Shown here piece after piece: positions 36,499 through 48,919 of a DNA stretch of 60,569 nt. The notes under the pieces are model-generated. The model made no database searches and was not told where the DNA came from. It saw only the letters and a program-made list of their open reading frames with translations. The DNA is from Hydrolagus affinis. Taxonomy: Eukaryota. Position 1 is the first letter of the stretch; each line of letters opens with the position of its first letter. The stretch lies in the NCBI GenBank assembly GCA_012026655.1, contig JAAILG010000038.1, positions 124,001 through 184,569 of the forward strand, in the 5' to 3' direction. Made by a program: the position numbers and the translations under genes.

Positions 36499-39400
36499 GT
36501 AATACAGGCGCTGTCAGTCACTACACTCGGGGCAGACCTGGGACGTCCTTCCGACGTGAAGGGCGCTGTACAAGTGTAATTTGTTGTTGCTGCTGCTGTG
36601 GTCGTCGTCAGTGTAGTCAGTCACTACACAGGGTCCGACTGTGAAGTCAGTCACAACACAGCGTCCGACTGTGCCGTTAATCATTACACAGGCCTGCAAC
36701 ACAGTCAGTCACTACAACAACAATTTGCACCCTTCACACGGGGTAGCATCCCGGGATGCTTCAGGATTACACGCGGCAGTGGTGCAGTCTGTCACTATAC
36801 AACAACAACTTGCACTTATATAGAGCCCGCCAGGCAGGGTAGAGGCTCAGAGCGCTTAACTGTGGCGGAGCCTGACTACAGAGGCCAAGGATCAGCAGCT
36901 CAGTCAGTCACTACATTTGTCCCAATAATACTAATAGAGCATGTAATTTAGAAGATTACTCATCATTTTGAATACCTCTTCTTACTTCCCACCTCACCAA
37001 AGGTGAAGCACTTTACAGAGCCAGAGTACAAGCCCTATATTGTAGTAACTGATGAAGCTTTTTCTTTTGTAGACGATATCCAACTGTAGAGAAGAGGGCC
37101 AAGGTCTTCAATGGAGGAAGTTACACTGAGTTACCAGAGGACCATGTGTTCTTGAAAGCACTGTTGATTGAGCTCGGCATGACTGATTCAGACAAGATTT
37201 TTGTGGAGCACAGAGATAGTTGTTGTCGTATAAATAAGACCTCTGTTTATGAAGTGCCTATCGGAGATGGTGTTCTGTGGCCTGTCCTAGTAATTACACA
37301 ACATGCTATGATTTATGCTTGTCTTCCTCTGGTTGAGCAATCCTTAGCTCCCCAGCCACCTCTAATAAATATCAGTGGAATTTCTCCTGCATTTGGATTA
37401 CTAGCAGGGCTGATGGCCCTTTTTAACCTGGCACAAAGAAATGAGTCAGAAATTTCTGCCAAACTGACCCAACTGCCTGTTATGTTGATGCATGCATGCC
37501 CATTGGGTACTCCAACAGATACTGACTTTGGGTTAATGCAGACATTATCGAGCAGTGTTTTTCCTCATTGTCCAAGTTCTTCATCTCAAACTCAAAAACA
37601 GCCATCTTGGAAGCCTGGCATATACAAAGGAAAACCACAAGTCAATGTCTGTATCACTGAACAGATTAGATCCATGCAATATGACAAAAGAGATGTCACA
37701 GATATCTGGCAGGACTATGGAACTGTAACATGTAAGGTAAGGTAAGATCATAGTCATTTTTTGCAAAAAATAATCAAATAATCTTGTCACATTTATCTGA
37801 AAAAATCAATTTCTTACTCTGGAATTGTGAATTCTTATGTTGTTTTTTATTGAAGCTGATGATTTTTACAGAAGCATTCTAATTTACACCATTGAAAGTA
37901 CTACATATGCATTGCTAGTTGCTGCATCTTGCCCCTAACTCTTTTTTGTTGAGGTTATACTGCTTGAAGTGATATGGAACAGGACACCTAAATGATACTT
38001 TCTGCTCCAAATTGCAGTAGTCTCTAATAACAGTATAAAAAACCAATCAGTTCAAAGTGAAATTGATTTATTTTGGGTTTGAATTTGATAATGAGTAATA
38101 ATTTCAGTATAAACTAAAATCCTAACTAATATGGTAATTTGATTTAAGACCTCACCCTCTTCTCAATTAAGTGTGATCTGGTCTCTGAGATTAAATTGGT
38201 GTGCTACAATGCAATGTGGAGCGGAAAATATAAATTATGTTTTGTGTTCCTTATCACGCCAGGTAGTAAAAATACAGCAAAACTTATTTAGAGGCAAAAT
38301 ACAGATAATGTTATTATAATACTTAAGATCCTTTTTCGGTTTTACAGTGTCCGCATTAGGATTTAAGACCTCATCCTCTTCTCAATTAAGTGTGATCTGG
38401 TCTCTGAGATTAAATTGGCAAATTTTTTAAAGGAAGCTTGAATCTTTTCATTTCTGTCGCGTGCTTTTGTTCCTAACCGCTTCCTCCATTTGTTTCAATA
38501 CAGTGTGACCTAGAAGGAATCATGCCGAATGTCACCATCAGCCTGAACCTACCCACCAATGGTTCTCCTCTGCAGGATATCCTTGTGCATCCCTGTGTTA
38601 GTGCGGTTGACTCGAGTATCCTCACTTCTAACAGTGTTGACACAGATGATTCACTATTTAATGGACCTTACAAATTTCCTTTCACACCGCCACTGGACAT
38701 ATTTAAACTATGCTACTACACTTCTCAGGTAAGAATATATCGTTTAAAATGTTTGCCAGTAAGGCTCTGGTGACTTCAGTGTTTTCATTCCATAAGGCTA
38801 TATTTTAAAAGAATTTACAGTAAGTACTAAATTGTTTATATGGTGCCAGTGAAGCAATATAGAAAGTACACAGGAAGTATTTCTGAAAGTATTAAATAGG
38901 GAAGAACTATTCAATAATATTTTTGAAGATCCTGAGGTTATGTGTACACACAACAGAAAATTCTGTGTGTTTTGAATGTAAACTCTCATAAATGGTTATT
39001 TTTAAGATAAGGTGCATGCCAAAATCTGCACTACTTGAACAATGAATGTAGATTTTTTTTATTTTAAGAGTATCTATACCAGCCAGTTCCACATATGCAG
39101 GCAACCTACTCATGGAAACTTGCGTCTCTCTGAAATAGAGTGAATTCTCCCCATGAAGGTGTACCCCGCTTACCTAACTCCTGAAATATTAGTGTTGTGC
39201 CTTGCTAGCCACCTTGCTGTTGCAGAAGTCTAAAACTGTCAAAATCCTGTCCAAACAAGCTAAATCAGTGATTTGATTTTATTGAACTTGAATTTTTAAG
39301 AATATAGATTGTTGCCACCTTGTTTGCAGGTACCTCTCCCACCGATTCTTGGTTTTTACCAAATGAAGGAAGAGGAGCAGCAAGTGAAGATTTCAGTTCA

Positions 39401-42400
39401 CCTGAAATTGCATGAAAGTGTCAAAAATGGATTTGAATACTGTGAAGCTCACATCCCTTTCTTCAACAGGTAAAGCAGGCAAATCAAAGGGATTGCTTCA
39501 GAGAAAATCTGCAATTTCCATTGTTAGTCAAATTAACAAATGCATTTAAAATTTTCAATTTATAAAATTGTTATTTGTTTTTGAACCTATTTCCTGAGCT
39601 AACATAAGTGCTTCTCATAGGGCATTCCCATTGTGGACTGAGTTTGCTGGTTTTAGTCAGGGCTGCTGGTTAGGCGACATTTGCCAGGATCAGACCCAGG
39701 TTTAGTGAGGGCAAAACCAGCTAGGATTCCTGCTCATCGACCCAATTCAGCACCATCCACTGGTAAGTGCGTCTGTGGCAACCAGATGGGGAGAATTCAG
39801 GTTCAACAATGAGATCCAGTCAAGTGGCCTGCCTATACCCATTGCCAAGATTCATACCTGAACAATGGCCATTAATCTAGCAAGAGAAGGTAATATACCA
39901 GCCGGGAGAAACATACAACAATAAATTGGACACACTAAGTTTTTTTTAAATGGTGCTTCATATGATTTGTGAGTGTGTTAGACTCTCCCAGTGCTTGTGG
40001 GTCACAAGTCATGGGTTTGAGTCCCACATCAGGATTTGAAATCACATAGTCTCAACTGGCACTCCAATACAGTGCTGGACAGCATTGCTTGTCAGAAGTG
40101 CCGTTCATCAGATGATAGCTAAAACCAAAGTCCTGTCTGCCTGTTCAAGTGGATGTTCAACATACCTTGGCACCATTCAAAAAGAAACAGGAGTTTTGTG
40201 GGACATTGCTGTGTGCAATTGTGCTGCTACATTTGCCTACAAATAGTCATTCCACTTCATATTATATCAATGGAAGGATTATTATTACAGAACCTGTATA
40301 TTGAAAAGCTATCCTAAAAGAAACCCCTCAATGAGCTTTATAGATTGAGATTAATTAGAAATTCATTTGAACCTTGAAAATGGATACTTTTTTGTTTCCT
40401 AGGAAAGGTGTGTGGGAGTTAACACTGAGTAATGTATGAGTGGGAAACATTAGATTTTTGCACCAGCATTTGTATACTGCACAGATTGAAAGTAGCCAAT
40501 TCATCTGATGCAGATGAGAAATGGTTTTAAGGCAGACCTGTAACACAAACACACATGGACCATATCCCAATTCCAAATTGCCAAATTACTGTGTGCAGTA
40601 CCAAGGTGAGGTAAGCTGCAAAGGCAGTCAGTGGTACTCAACACAGCGGTCTCCTTTCAATTCTGGTGCTTTAGTAAATTGCTTACCAGACTTGTGGCTT
40701 TCCCATTCAGTATGTAAAATAGATAAACAATACTGACTAGTCCTGAGGAACTGTTTACTCAATGGATTTGCTTTAGTAATTTAGATTGGACATTAGAACC
40801 ACTGCAAACAAGACTGGAATTTAGAGATACAGTTTAGATGTGTTAAATCAATTCACATCCAAATATATACAGTATTTTTAAATAGTGATTATATTTGCAG
40901 TGCATTGAAAGGCTAGTATCTTTTCAACACAAATGATCTACTTTTTAATTTGACCTCTGTTGTTCTGTTATCTCACCTATAAGTATTTAACATATCAAAC
41001 TGATTTGTTTTCATTTAAAAATGTAAAATTTTACAAAAAGATGCAGTAAGATTCAGGTCGAAGTGCTTCACAGAAGATACTGTGAAGTGAAATGACCGTA
41101 TATTTTGTGGGCAAAACAAAAGTTTAAGATGTAATAATCCTAATGTTCCAGTTTTAGACAGTGTTGATGTATTGATGTTGATGTAGAGAGTATTAAATAC
41201 CATCAATAATGTTTGGAACCTTTTTTCTCATTTATCTGCTGCTTAAATTGTAACAATTTAAATTTGCTTTCATGACCATTTCATCTAGTTGTGCTATATT
41301 TCTGAAGTATGACTATATATTGATTCTGTGCTCAGAATTGTTCTTGCTGCAATGATAAGAGGCAGCATGCAATACTTTTTTTTAAAACAGAAAATTCTTA
41401 ATTCTTTCATATCTACCCAGAAAATGTTAAACCACTTAAGAATGCAGCTCATTTATATGAGAAACTGCCTGGTATTTTTAGATGAATCTTCATAATTCTC
41501 AGCATAGGAATGAATATGTTATGCCTACTTCTGATCTGAAATACTTAGTGAATAGTATAGATACAGCTACAGAGATGATTGAGGGGAATTCAGTGAATGA
41601 AGGGGTCAGAAAATTCAGTTCTACTTGGCAAAATGAATTGAAAAGCAACTCTGTGCTAATCATCTTTACAATGTTTATTGTTGTTATTTGTGACCATCCT
41701 GTCTAAATTAGTAATATCAATTTTCATTCAAACTGTTGAGCACTATATCAAGAGCTCCTTTCAGACTGAAACCCAAATGTTTTTTCAGCTGTCAAGACAT
41801 TATAGCATTTCAAATTCAAACAGTTAATGCCTGTTATGTCATTTAGATTAAGTTATAAATGGCGTTATAGATATGAACATATGTGGCTGTTTTAATTAAC
41901 CTTGAATGAAGGGAGCAAGATGCAGCCTATAATACCTATTTGTCTCCTGAATAGAAAGGAATATCAGAAAATCAGCAGGGGTCAACAGAATTCAAAGTAC
42001 TCTATTTATAAGCCTATATTTGCTGCCTAATGATTGAAATATTGTGTGTTTAGTCTGATTTTTTTTGTGATAAAAGCAGTAAATGCCTTATTTTTATTAC
42101 ATATATTAAGGAGGAAAATTTTTTACCACCATAGTTTTTTTTAAAAAAAGTAAATTTTGAAGTGTTCTAACATATACGTATTTGGTTAAGCTGATCATCA
42201 TTTTCCCTGTTTATTCATGAATAGGGGTCCAATTGTGCAAACTGAGTACAAGGTGAGCCATGGGCAGCTGGAGGTGTCACGAGAGAAAAACTTGCTGGTC
42301 TGGGTCATTGGTTAGTTTGTTAAATCTTTTATTCACTTTCAATCCTTAGCGTGGAGGGCGCTATATAAATCAAAGTTGTTGTTGTAATCCACAACTGTAT

Positions 42401-45400
42401 GTGGGACAATCCTGTGCCACATACAGGATTGTGCACAACTGTGCTACCGCGGTTCTCCCACAACATATAACATTCAATTCATTTACAGTACTGTATATTC
42501 TGTGAAGCACTTTGAGACATTTTGAAGACATGATAAGGCGCTATATCAAATGCAAGTATTATTAGGTGTTTCAAGAGACAAAACTTGATGTACTGTGGTG
42601 CTTCCTCATACATTCAGTGTGATTTTTTTTAAATAGTCCTAAATTTAATGAAAGTTCATGATGTCAATCTTTAGTATAAAGTAATTGATACCCCCACATT
42701 TAATTACATAGGTCACTGCATATACTTTCAAAATGCACAGCATTGAAACTGCCATCTGTTTTTAAACTGAAGATAATGTCTTCAACCGAACTATATGTCA
42801 ACCAGTTGATGTAAGGTGGAGAAAAATACATTTGATCATAAATTGTTTTCAGAAGAAATGTCATATCCTTATAAGAAATCCAAATGGTTAAAGTAATTTC
42901 AAACAAATTCAAGCTATTTTAGCCCAGAAAGGGTTCTGTTTATAATTTTCTAATTTGGATGCAACAGGGAATATTTTTCCCCAGTTGGGAAAATTACGGA
43001 AGTTGATAGTGTGTAATTAGAATGGGATTCTCTTATCATAAGCACATGCCAACAAGTCCAGTAATTTGTGCACCAGGTCAAAATAATCTCCCAGCACCTA
43101 AAGAGACTTAATATATATCTCAGCTGATTGAGATGTATATTAGAGGTCCTGTGGTGATTTATTTGAAAATAATGCACTTTTAAAAACTGCTACAGGAAGA
43201 CTATTTTTCCAGCCTATTTCATAGCATGGTTTTATTGAGCTGCCCTTCAAAGTATAGTGTGCAGCAAAGGGACTTTTATATGCGTTCACTCAGGATCCCT
43301 AATTAAATTGCCTGTTAGTTATTCCCACCATAGCTACTTTCAAACACATAGAAGAACTTTTGGGAATTCTGTCTATTTTAAAAGACAAGAGGATTTTACA
43401 CTTAGGATAGATAGTGTTTTGTGTAAAGTTTCAGTAAAGTGTTTTGGGATCATATTTCAGGAGCTCTTTAAATGGCACAAATAACATTATTCTCTCCTTG
43501 TTGATAATGTTGTTTGTTAGTTGTTGAATGCACCAAATCATTAAAATATATACAACATATTTTATACATGTATATATTCTAAATAATGGGATATTGTTTT
43601 CTTTCATTCTTAGGTCAGAAGTTCCCTAAATCTTTGGAAATATCTCTAACTGGTATAATGGCATTTGCTGGGCTTAGTGCAGCCAACCACTCATCACAGA
43701 TAACTGATCCATTCTGCACTGGGCTCACTGCATATGTTAAGGTATGTCAGTTGTATTTTTAACTTATAATTTCAAATACATTTACATTTAAACTGACTTA
43801 AGCATTTAAACTATTGTAATATGTCGAAAAGCACAGTCAAATCTTTTAAATTGTGTTATTTTTAGTTAAGCATCTTGTTTCTACTGTTTCTTAAATAATT
43901 GATGCAATATTTACATGTAGCAACATAGATATTTTCAGCGCAGAAGGGTCATTTAGCCCATTGTATCTGTGCCTAAAGCCCAGTATAGAAAAACAAAGCA
44001 ACAACAGCATTTTCTATGTAACATAGTTAATAATGGCAATATTTAAATCATTAATTATAATTACACCAATTATCTTTAAACTTTAGATTTTTTTCTTCAT
44101 CTGTTTTAGTTGTATCTAGTCATTAAAGGTTTGTTGAATGACTGAAATTCAGTAGTGTTCTTCTCAAGTCTTTCTGAATTAATTCTATTAATTCCATGTT
44201 ATTTTCATAGATATAACACCATCTAAATAATTAGGGTTCATGTTCAGAATCTACCTGTAGTAATTTCATGCAAGTGGATGTAGTTTACAAGACATCCTAA
44301 ATAAAACAGTTATTTGCAGTTTAGTATCTAGGGTAAGACATTCTTGGTATGATTTTAAAGTATGATTTAAAATTTATGTTTAGTAAAACACCTCAAAACA
44401 CCTTGACAAATGTATTTTTTGTTGCTAATCAGGAGTGGAATAATTAATGTTTGATCTTTAAAGCAGAGTCACTCATAGATTAACAGACCATAGATTAAAC
44501 CCATGGTCTGTAACTAAATGGGGAGTGAGTGATAGAACTGGACAGAGAATGAGTAGGTGAACACAATGTAACAAGGGAATAAGTGCTGCTGATCGCATTA
44601 GAATTTTTTTTAATAGTAACTGATGGGTTGATGGGAAAATATATTGTCCAGTGCAGTGTTAAAGGAGTTATTTCTCTCTTTCCAACAAACTTGGTATCAG
44701 CATCTATTGATAGGATCAGCATTGTACCAGTAAAGGCGTCTAAGAGTTCCACTCACCTCATTCTCAGTGGGAAATCCACCATGGCAATTGTTTGTCTGTA
44801 GAATGCCAGCTGCATAAATGCAAATTTTCCCAAGTTAACAATGTCAGGGTAATCAAACATGAGTACACTCTTGTTGCCTTGGAGCCATTAGTTAATCCTT
44901 CATTTTCTTGCTTATGTTTTGTTGACACAGCTTTACTTTCGAATTCCGGATTATACTCTGACCGGGTGCTGTGTGGACCAGCATTCAGTGCAAGTGTACT
45001 CCTCAGCAAAACCCAAAATCATCACATGTAAGCTTGCAGAACATTTCTCACATTGTTTGAACTGTAAATATTTTGAATTGTCCATTAACCAGAGTAGCTT
45101 TCACCTGCAGAGGTCAGTATTGTATGTTCTATGCAGCTCAGTAATTTATTCTGAATACAATGAGGAAAATGGAGAGAGGTTGTACTTCAACTTCATTAGA
45201 TTGTACCTGAAATGTGATGTGAATCCTGCGATTACCAGAACACACTTCCAACTAAATTGTTTGAATGTCAAGACATTTATACCATGGCTATCTTATATTC
45301 ACTGGTTAGTTTAAAATTATTAATTTCTCCCCCACCACCACAAAAAAATCTATTGGTTCCTCTGCATCACATCTTATTTCTTGACTGCTTCATTCCATTG

Positions 45401-45719
45401 TCACTTTTGAGCCAAACACTAAAGGGAGCACACCTCTCTAGTTAGTTGGAATTCAGTAGTCTGGTTTACTTTAGCCATTTTTATAAACCTTTATATTTTG
45501 CAGTGTTTTAAATTTATAAAGTTCTGGGAAGTATTTGGTTCTGTCTATTGTTAAATTATACGTCAGTGTCAGTAGTGCATTGCATCAAAGCATGAACTAT
45601 ATTTTCTTGGTTAATTCTGTGTTTATCTATTTATAGCCCGAGAGCTTCTTTCTTCTGAGTACTACATCTGGAACTCCAAAGGAGACGCGCCAGTTGCCAG
45701 CAGGCCATTCATATCCTAA
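36425..45719 (+). CDS. AP5M1: AP-5 complex subunit mu-1 (MUDENG), complete 8-exon CDS, 1497 nt, 498 aa
   Basis: Spliced translation MSLRALWLI...FSR|[15 protein letters not shown]...[19 protein letters not shown] matches vertebrate AP5M1 as recalled. Exon sizes 74,664,225,140,86,128,97,83; head-to-head with EXOC5 as in mammals. Confidence 0.97.
36611..36720. repeat. 30-bp minisatellite (3 units plus a partial) in AP5M1 intron 1
   Basis: GTGTAGTCAGTCACTACACAGGGTCCGACT / GTGAAGTCAGTCACAACACAGCGTCCGACT / GTGCCGTTAATCATTACACAGGCCTGCAAC. Confidence 0.8.
37073..37736 (+). CDS. AP5M1: AP5M1 exon 2 ([12 protein letters not shown]...GTVTCK)
   Basis: 664 nt, TAG/GTAAG; contains ORF 37146..37745. Confidence 0.96.
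38141..38418. repeat. 59-bp direct repeat pair, 1 mismatch
   Basis: GATTTAAGACCTCAYCCTCTTCTCAATTAAGTGTGATCTGGTCTCTGAGATTAAATTGG at 38141-38199 and 38360-38418. Confidence 0.92.
38504..38728 (+). CDS. AP5M1: AP5M1 exon 3 ([14 protein letters not shown]...CYYTSQ)
   Basis: 225 nt, CAG/GTAAG. Confidence 0.96.
39330..39469 (+). CDS. AP5M1: AP5M1 exon 4 ([16 protein letters not shown]...IPFFNR)
   Basis: 140 nt, CAG/GTAAA. Confidence 0.95.
39630..39875 (+). repeat. Old interspersed repeat, related in reverse to about 25720-25835 and 59330-59460
   Basis: Degenerate shared motif GAGTT..CT..T...GGGAGGG.AAA...ATTCCTRCTC...ATYCAG; similarity judged by eye. Confidence 0.35.
39975..40287 (+). mobile_element. 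Deu-type SINE
   Basis: B-box-like GGGTTTGAGTCCCAC, Deu-like core GTGCCGTTCATCAGATGA...CTGTCTGCCTGTTCAAGTGGATGTT, GGATTATTATT tail. Confidence 0.75.
42225..42310 (+). CDS. AP5M1: AP5M1 exon 5 ([28 protein letters not shown])
   Basis: 86 nt, TAG/GTTAGT. Confidence 0.95.
42345..42565 (+). mobile_element. SINE/LINE2 tail fragments
   Basis: GGCGCTATATAAATCAAAGTTGTTGTTG and TGTGAAGCACTTTGAGAC...AAGGCGCTATATCAAATGCAAGTATTATT. Confidence 0.75.
43614..43741 (+). CDS. AP5M1: AP5M1 exon 6 ([14 protein letters not shown]...[12 protein letters not shown])
   Basis: 128 nt, TAG/GTATGT. Confidence 0.95.
44931..45027 (+). CDS. AP5M1: AP5M1 exon 7 ([32 protein letters not shown])
   Basis: 97 nt, CAG/GTAAG. 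Confidence 0.95.
45637..45719 (+). CDS. AP5M1: AP5M1 last coding exon ([27 protein letters not shown])
   Basis: 83 nt, TAG acceptor, TAA stop 45717-45719. Confidence 0.95.
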
Positions 45720-46096
45720 ATTAATAAAGTCACGATGACCAAATGGATTAAAACATTACCAGTTTTATTGTAGCATTGTATCTAATCCATAGATAATGCA
45801 GAAGGCAGATTTTTACTGTTTGTATTGCCCTTTGAAATGTTTAAAATGAAAAACACACTCAAGTGCTGAAAGAAAAGTTTAATCACGTATTAATAATTGA
45901 TGCAGCTATAATGAGCACAGTAAACATGATTGATAGTATCCATTCAAGAGTACATTAAGAGCAGCATAATAGCTTGTTGCACAATGATCAATGTGTATAC
46001 TCCAAATTGTTGCTATTAACATTATTTCAAATATAACAAGGGAAATTTCACACATGCAGTAACTCAATCGTTTTTAAGAACATTGCTTTTTAGAAA

Positions 46097-46210
46097 AATA
46101 AAAAAAGCTGTCATTAAAATTTTGATATTTGTATTTATTTGATCGAATGTAACTTCGTACAAATAAAGGAAAGTGCATAAATTCAACTACCTGTACAGCA
46201 TTGTGTTGCT
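46097..46210 (+). terminator. Candidate AP5M1 polyadenylation region
   Basis: AATAAA at 46097 and 46162, the latter followed by a GU-rich TTGTGTTGC at about 46201; another AATAAA at 45723 just after the stop. Confidence 0.5.
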
Positions 46211-46970
46211 TAGTTCACAAACTCAGATTCATAAAACATAGAAAATGTGTAAAGATGCAACTATCCTGGAATTTAAATTGTTTACAATGCATTAGAGGAG
46301 TGATGTTAATACAGTACGTGTCTGGCCAAATTTCACCTGTAGCTCTCAGCCGTCTCTTGATTTAAAGTATCCTTTTGGTTTAAAGTATCCTGCTAAAGTA
46401 TCCACCCACAACAACTAGCCTTCCACCCTATAGCAGCAACATAAAACCTGAATCTCCAGAGATTAATTACACTTTAATGATCTGAGGTTTCTCCAATTTG
46501 AGTGGTAATGAGCTGGTACCTGGGATAAATCTGACAATTTACCGTATGGGTAATTTCCCAGCACAGTTAAGCCGATTAGAAAGTGCGAATGACACTGGTG
46601 CCTCCCTCCGAAGCACCATCTTAAAGCAAAAGCACAGCTCCAATAGGAACTGGAGGCAAGGTTTCAAGTCAGAACTTTTGTTTCCTTACTCCCTCCCCAA
46701 GGCTGTGTCTTAGAGTTGAGATCTATTTGCACAAATTAATTATCCTTAGGTCATTAGACCTACCTTAAATCAGCTTTCCAACCACTAGTATTCACACATT
46801 TTTAAAAAATCCCACCTTGCTACCAACAAAATTACATTTGTAAAGCCAAGTGAGTAAATATAATGTGATACAATCTTGATGGCTATTTGGTGAGGGAACA
46901 ACACTATTATGTAACCAATCTCTGATGAGTCAGCAACCTCTGAAGATTATCTTATTAAATTGATGTTTAG

Positions 46971-47825
46971 GTGTCAGATTGGTTCAAGTATTAATACACC
47001 AGCCCCTGAGTCAGAAGGTTGTGAGTTAAAGCCCCACTTCATAGAATCATAGAATTTTACGGAACAAAAGGAGGCCATTCGGCCCATCTAGTCTGTGCCG
47101 GCTCTTTGAAAAGAGCAACTCAATGCCACTGCCCAGTTCTCTCCTCATAACCTAACAGACCTGTTCTCCCTAAATAAAGATCTAATTCTCTTAATAGCTG
47201 TTATCGAATCGGCCTCCACCACCTTTTCACGCAATGCATTCCAGATTCGAACCACCCGCTGAGTGAAAAAATTTCTCCTCAGCTCCCCTCTGCTTCGTTG
47301 TGAAACTATTTTAAATCTGTGATCACGAGTCACAGATTCGCCCACCAGTGGAAACAGTTTTTCCTTATTCACTCTGTTGAATCCCCTCATGATTTTATAA
47401 ACCTCTATTAGGTTCCCCCCCCCCCCCCACCCTCAACCTCTCTGTTCCAAAGAGAATAAACCTAGCCTATCTAGCCTTTCCCCATAACTGAAGTCCCTCA
47501 ATCCTGGTAACCATTCCAGTAAACCTAGTAAACTTCAGGACTTTGGGAAGAGATGCACTGCCTTCAATATCACGATCTTGTCTGGCTATTCAGGTGGATG
47601 TTATGGGTTCCTTTGCATTGCATTAATTGAAAAGTGTCCCACCCGATGCCCTGACCATCCCCCGAAAAAATTGATCATTCACTTTGCAGCTATTTATGGC
47701 AATGCCAGGAAATTGGCTGGCACATTCATCTCTACAAAATAATTGCTACACGTCACAGTATTCCTGTGAACCTCTTTGAGACATCGCAACATGATAAGGA
47801 GCTAAATCAAATGCAAGGTGATTAA
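46971..47825 (+). mobile_element. Deu-type SINE split by a CR1 insertion
   Basis: Head 46971-47041; body and tail 47532-47825. Confidence 0.7.
47042..47531 (-). mobile_element. CR1 LINE, 5'-truncated 3' fragment
   Basis: ORF 47145..47390 (...TRDHRFKIVSQRSRGELRRNFFTQRVVRIWNAL...) is a CR1 ORF2 C-terminus; 3' terminal (ATTCTATG)2; ACTTCA duplicated on both flanks. Confidence 0.92.
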
Positions 47826-48062
47826 TGTTGGTACAGTAATCGGAAATTTAAGCACAACTTTTTTAAAAATAACGCATAATTTTTTAAAAATCCTTGTATA
47901 GGCCCAATGCCAGAATATATTTTCCCATATTGTATTTCTCTGTCAAGGTGATATCCCCTCAAGTAATGAACTGCCTTAAAAAATAACCAGATCATCTTCT
48001 GAAAAAACTAGGATTAGTTACATTGCAAAAATATTTGACACAGAGACCCATATTTGACAAGG

Positions 48063-48179
48063 AGGCCATTTCGCCCATAAAATATACAGTCAATTCACTT
48101 TAAAGTATATTTTGTGAAGTGCTTTGAGATGATTCGAAGATATGATACGGCACAATATCAAATGCAAGGATTATTATTA
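48063..48179 (+). mobile_element. SINE 3' half
   Basis: Shared tail motif. Confidence 0.75.
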
Positions 48180-48754
48180 ACCCTCAGTAGTTTGCTATCT
48201 GCATTGTTTAGAGAGGCAGAATTCCTTCCACTAGCTGCTGATAGCCATACAAACCAATGATGACCTAACCAGTAGGCTGATCCCAGCTGGATAAATAGTG
48301 TGAAGCTTTCTTGTGCCACGTACTGGTTCCTGGTAAGCTGTACGTTTTGAGTTAATTCAATTCCAGCAGCACCGCAACATGCGCTTTGAGGTCCCTCGTT
48401 TGCCGTCAATATGCCTTGTATTCTCTAATGTGTGTGCTCCCCTACCCCCAGGAGGGATTGTACACTGTGGAACTGGCAAACACAAACTGCTTCTGGAATT
48501 ATGCAGCAGTTGGAGACTCGTACGCACAATAAGGGTTTCTACACAAGGTGATGTTTTCTTGCAAAAGGAATATGTGACCAGAAACAATTTGATGTTAATA
48601 AAACTAGTCAATGCGTGGAAACTGTATTGCACTAATACCTGGGCTGTATACTGAAATATTCCAACATTATTTCAAATGAAGTGGAATGATGTACTTCAAA
48701 CTGGAATTAAGAACACATGGCGGATCACTTTTCCTTCAAAAAATAAAATAATAA

Positions 48755-48919
48755 TTTGGTCACTCAATCCACGACTGTTTCTGGGACACTGCTGTATGCA
48801 AGCCCAAGCCTGCTGGGTTTCGCCTACAAAATAAAGTTGATTCACTTTACAGTATATCCTGTGAGACGTCTGAATGACATGATAAGGTGCTGTAGCAAAT
48901 GCAAGTATTATTATTACTA
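48755..48919 (+). mobile_element. SINE 3' half
   Basis: TTGGTCACTCAATCCACGACTG...AAATGCAAGTATTATTATT. Confidence 0.75.

Larger units (their letters stand above)
35890..36560. promoter_or_regulatory. CpG island / bidirectional promoter of EXOC5 and AP5M1
   Basis: Sharp GC and CpG enrichment. ETS/GABPA CCGGAAGT 36224-36231; NRF1-like TGCGCAGGCGC 36340-36350; GC box and E2F-like GGGGCGGGAAA 36320-36330; ZNF143-like ACTACAGCTC 36183-36192. No TATA seen. Confidence 0.9.

Noticed and set aside
36611-36916. Repeat-spacer-like pattern resembling a CRISPR array
   Set aside because: Vertebrate intron, degenerate repeats, tandem or irregular spacing, spacers include retroelement tails, and no cas genes.
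35705-36951. Several 60-140 aa ORFs overlapping the CpG island
   Set aside because: Expected in stop-poor GC-rich DNA; only the short first exons of EXOC5 and AP5M1 match known proteins.
46363-46403. Three copies of TAAAGTATCC
   Set aside because: Short local slippage duplications with no further structure.
47145-47390. 81-aa ORF as a host gene
   Set aside because: It is the CR1 ORF2 C-terminus from a truncated LINE.
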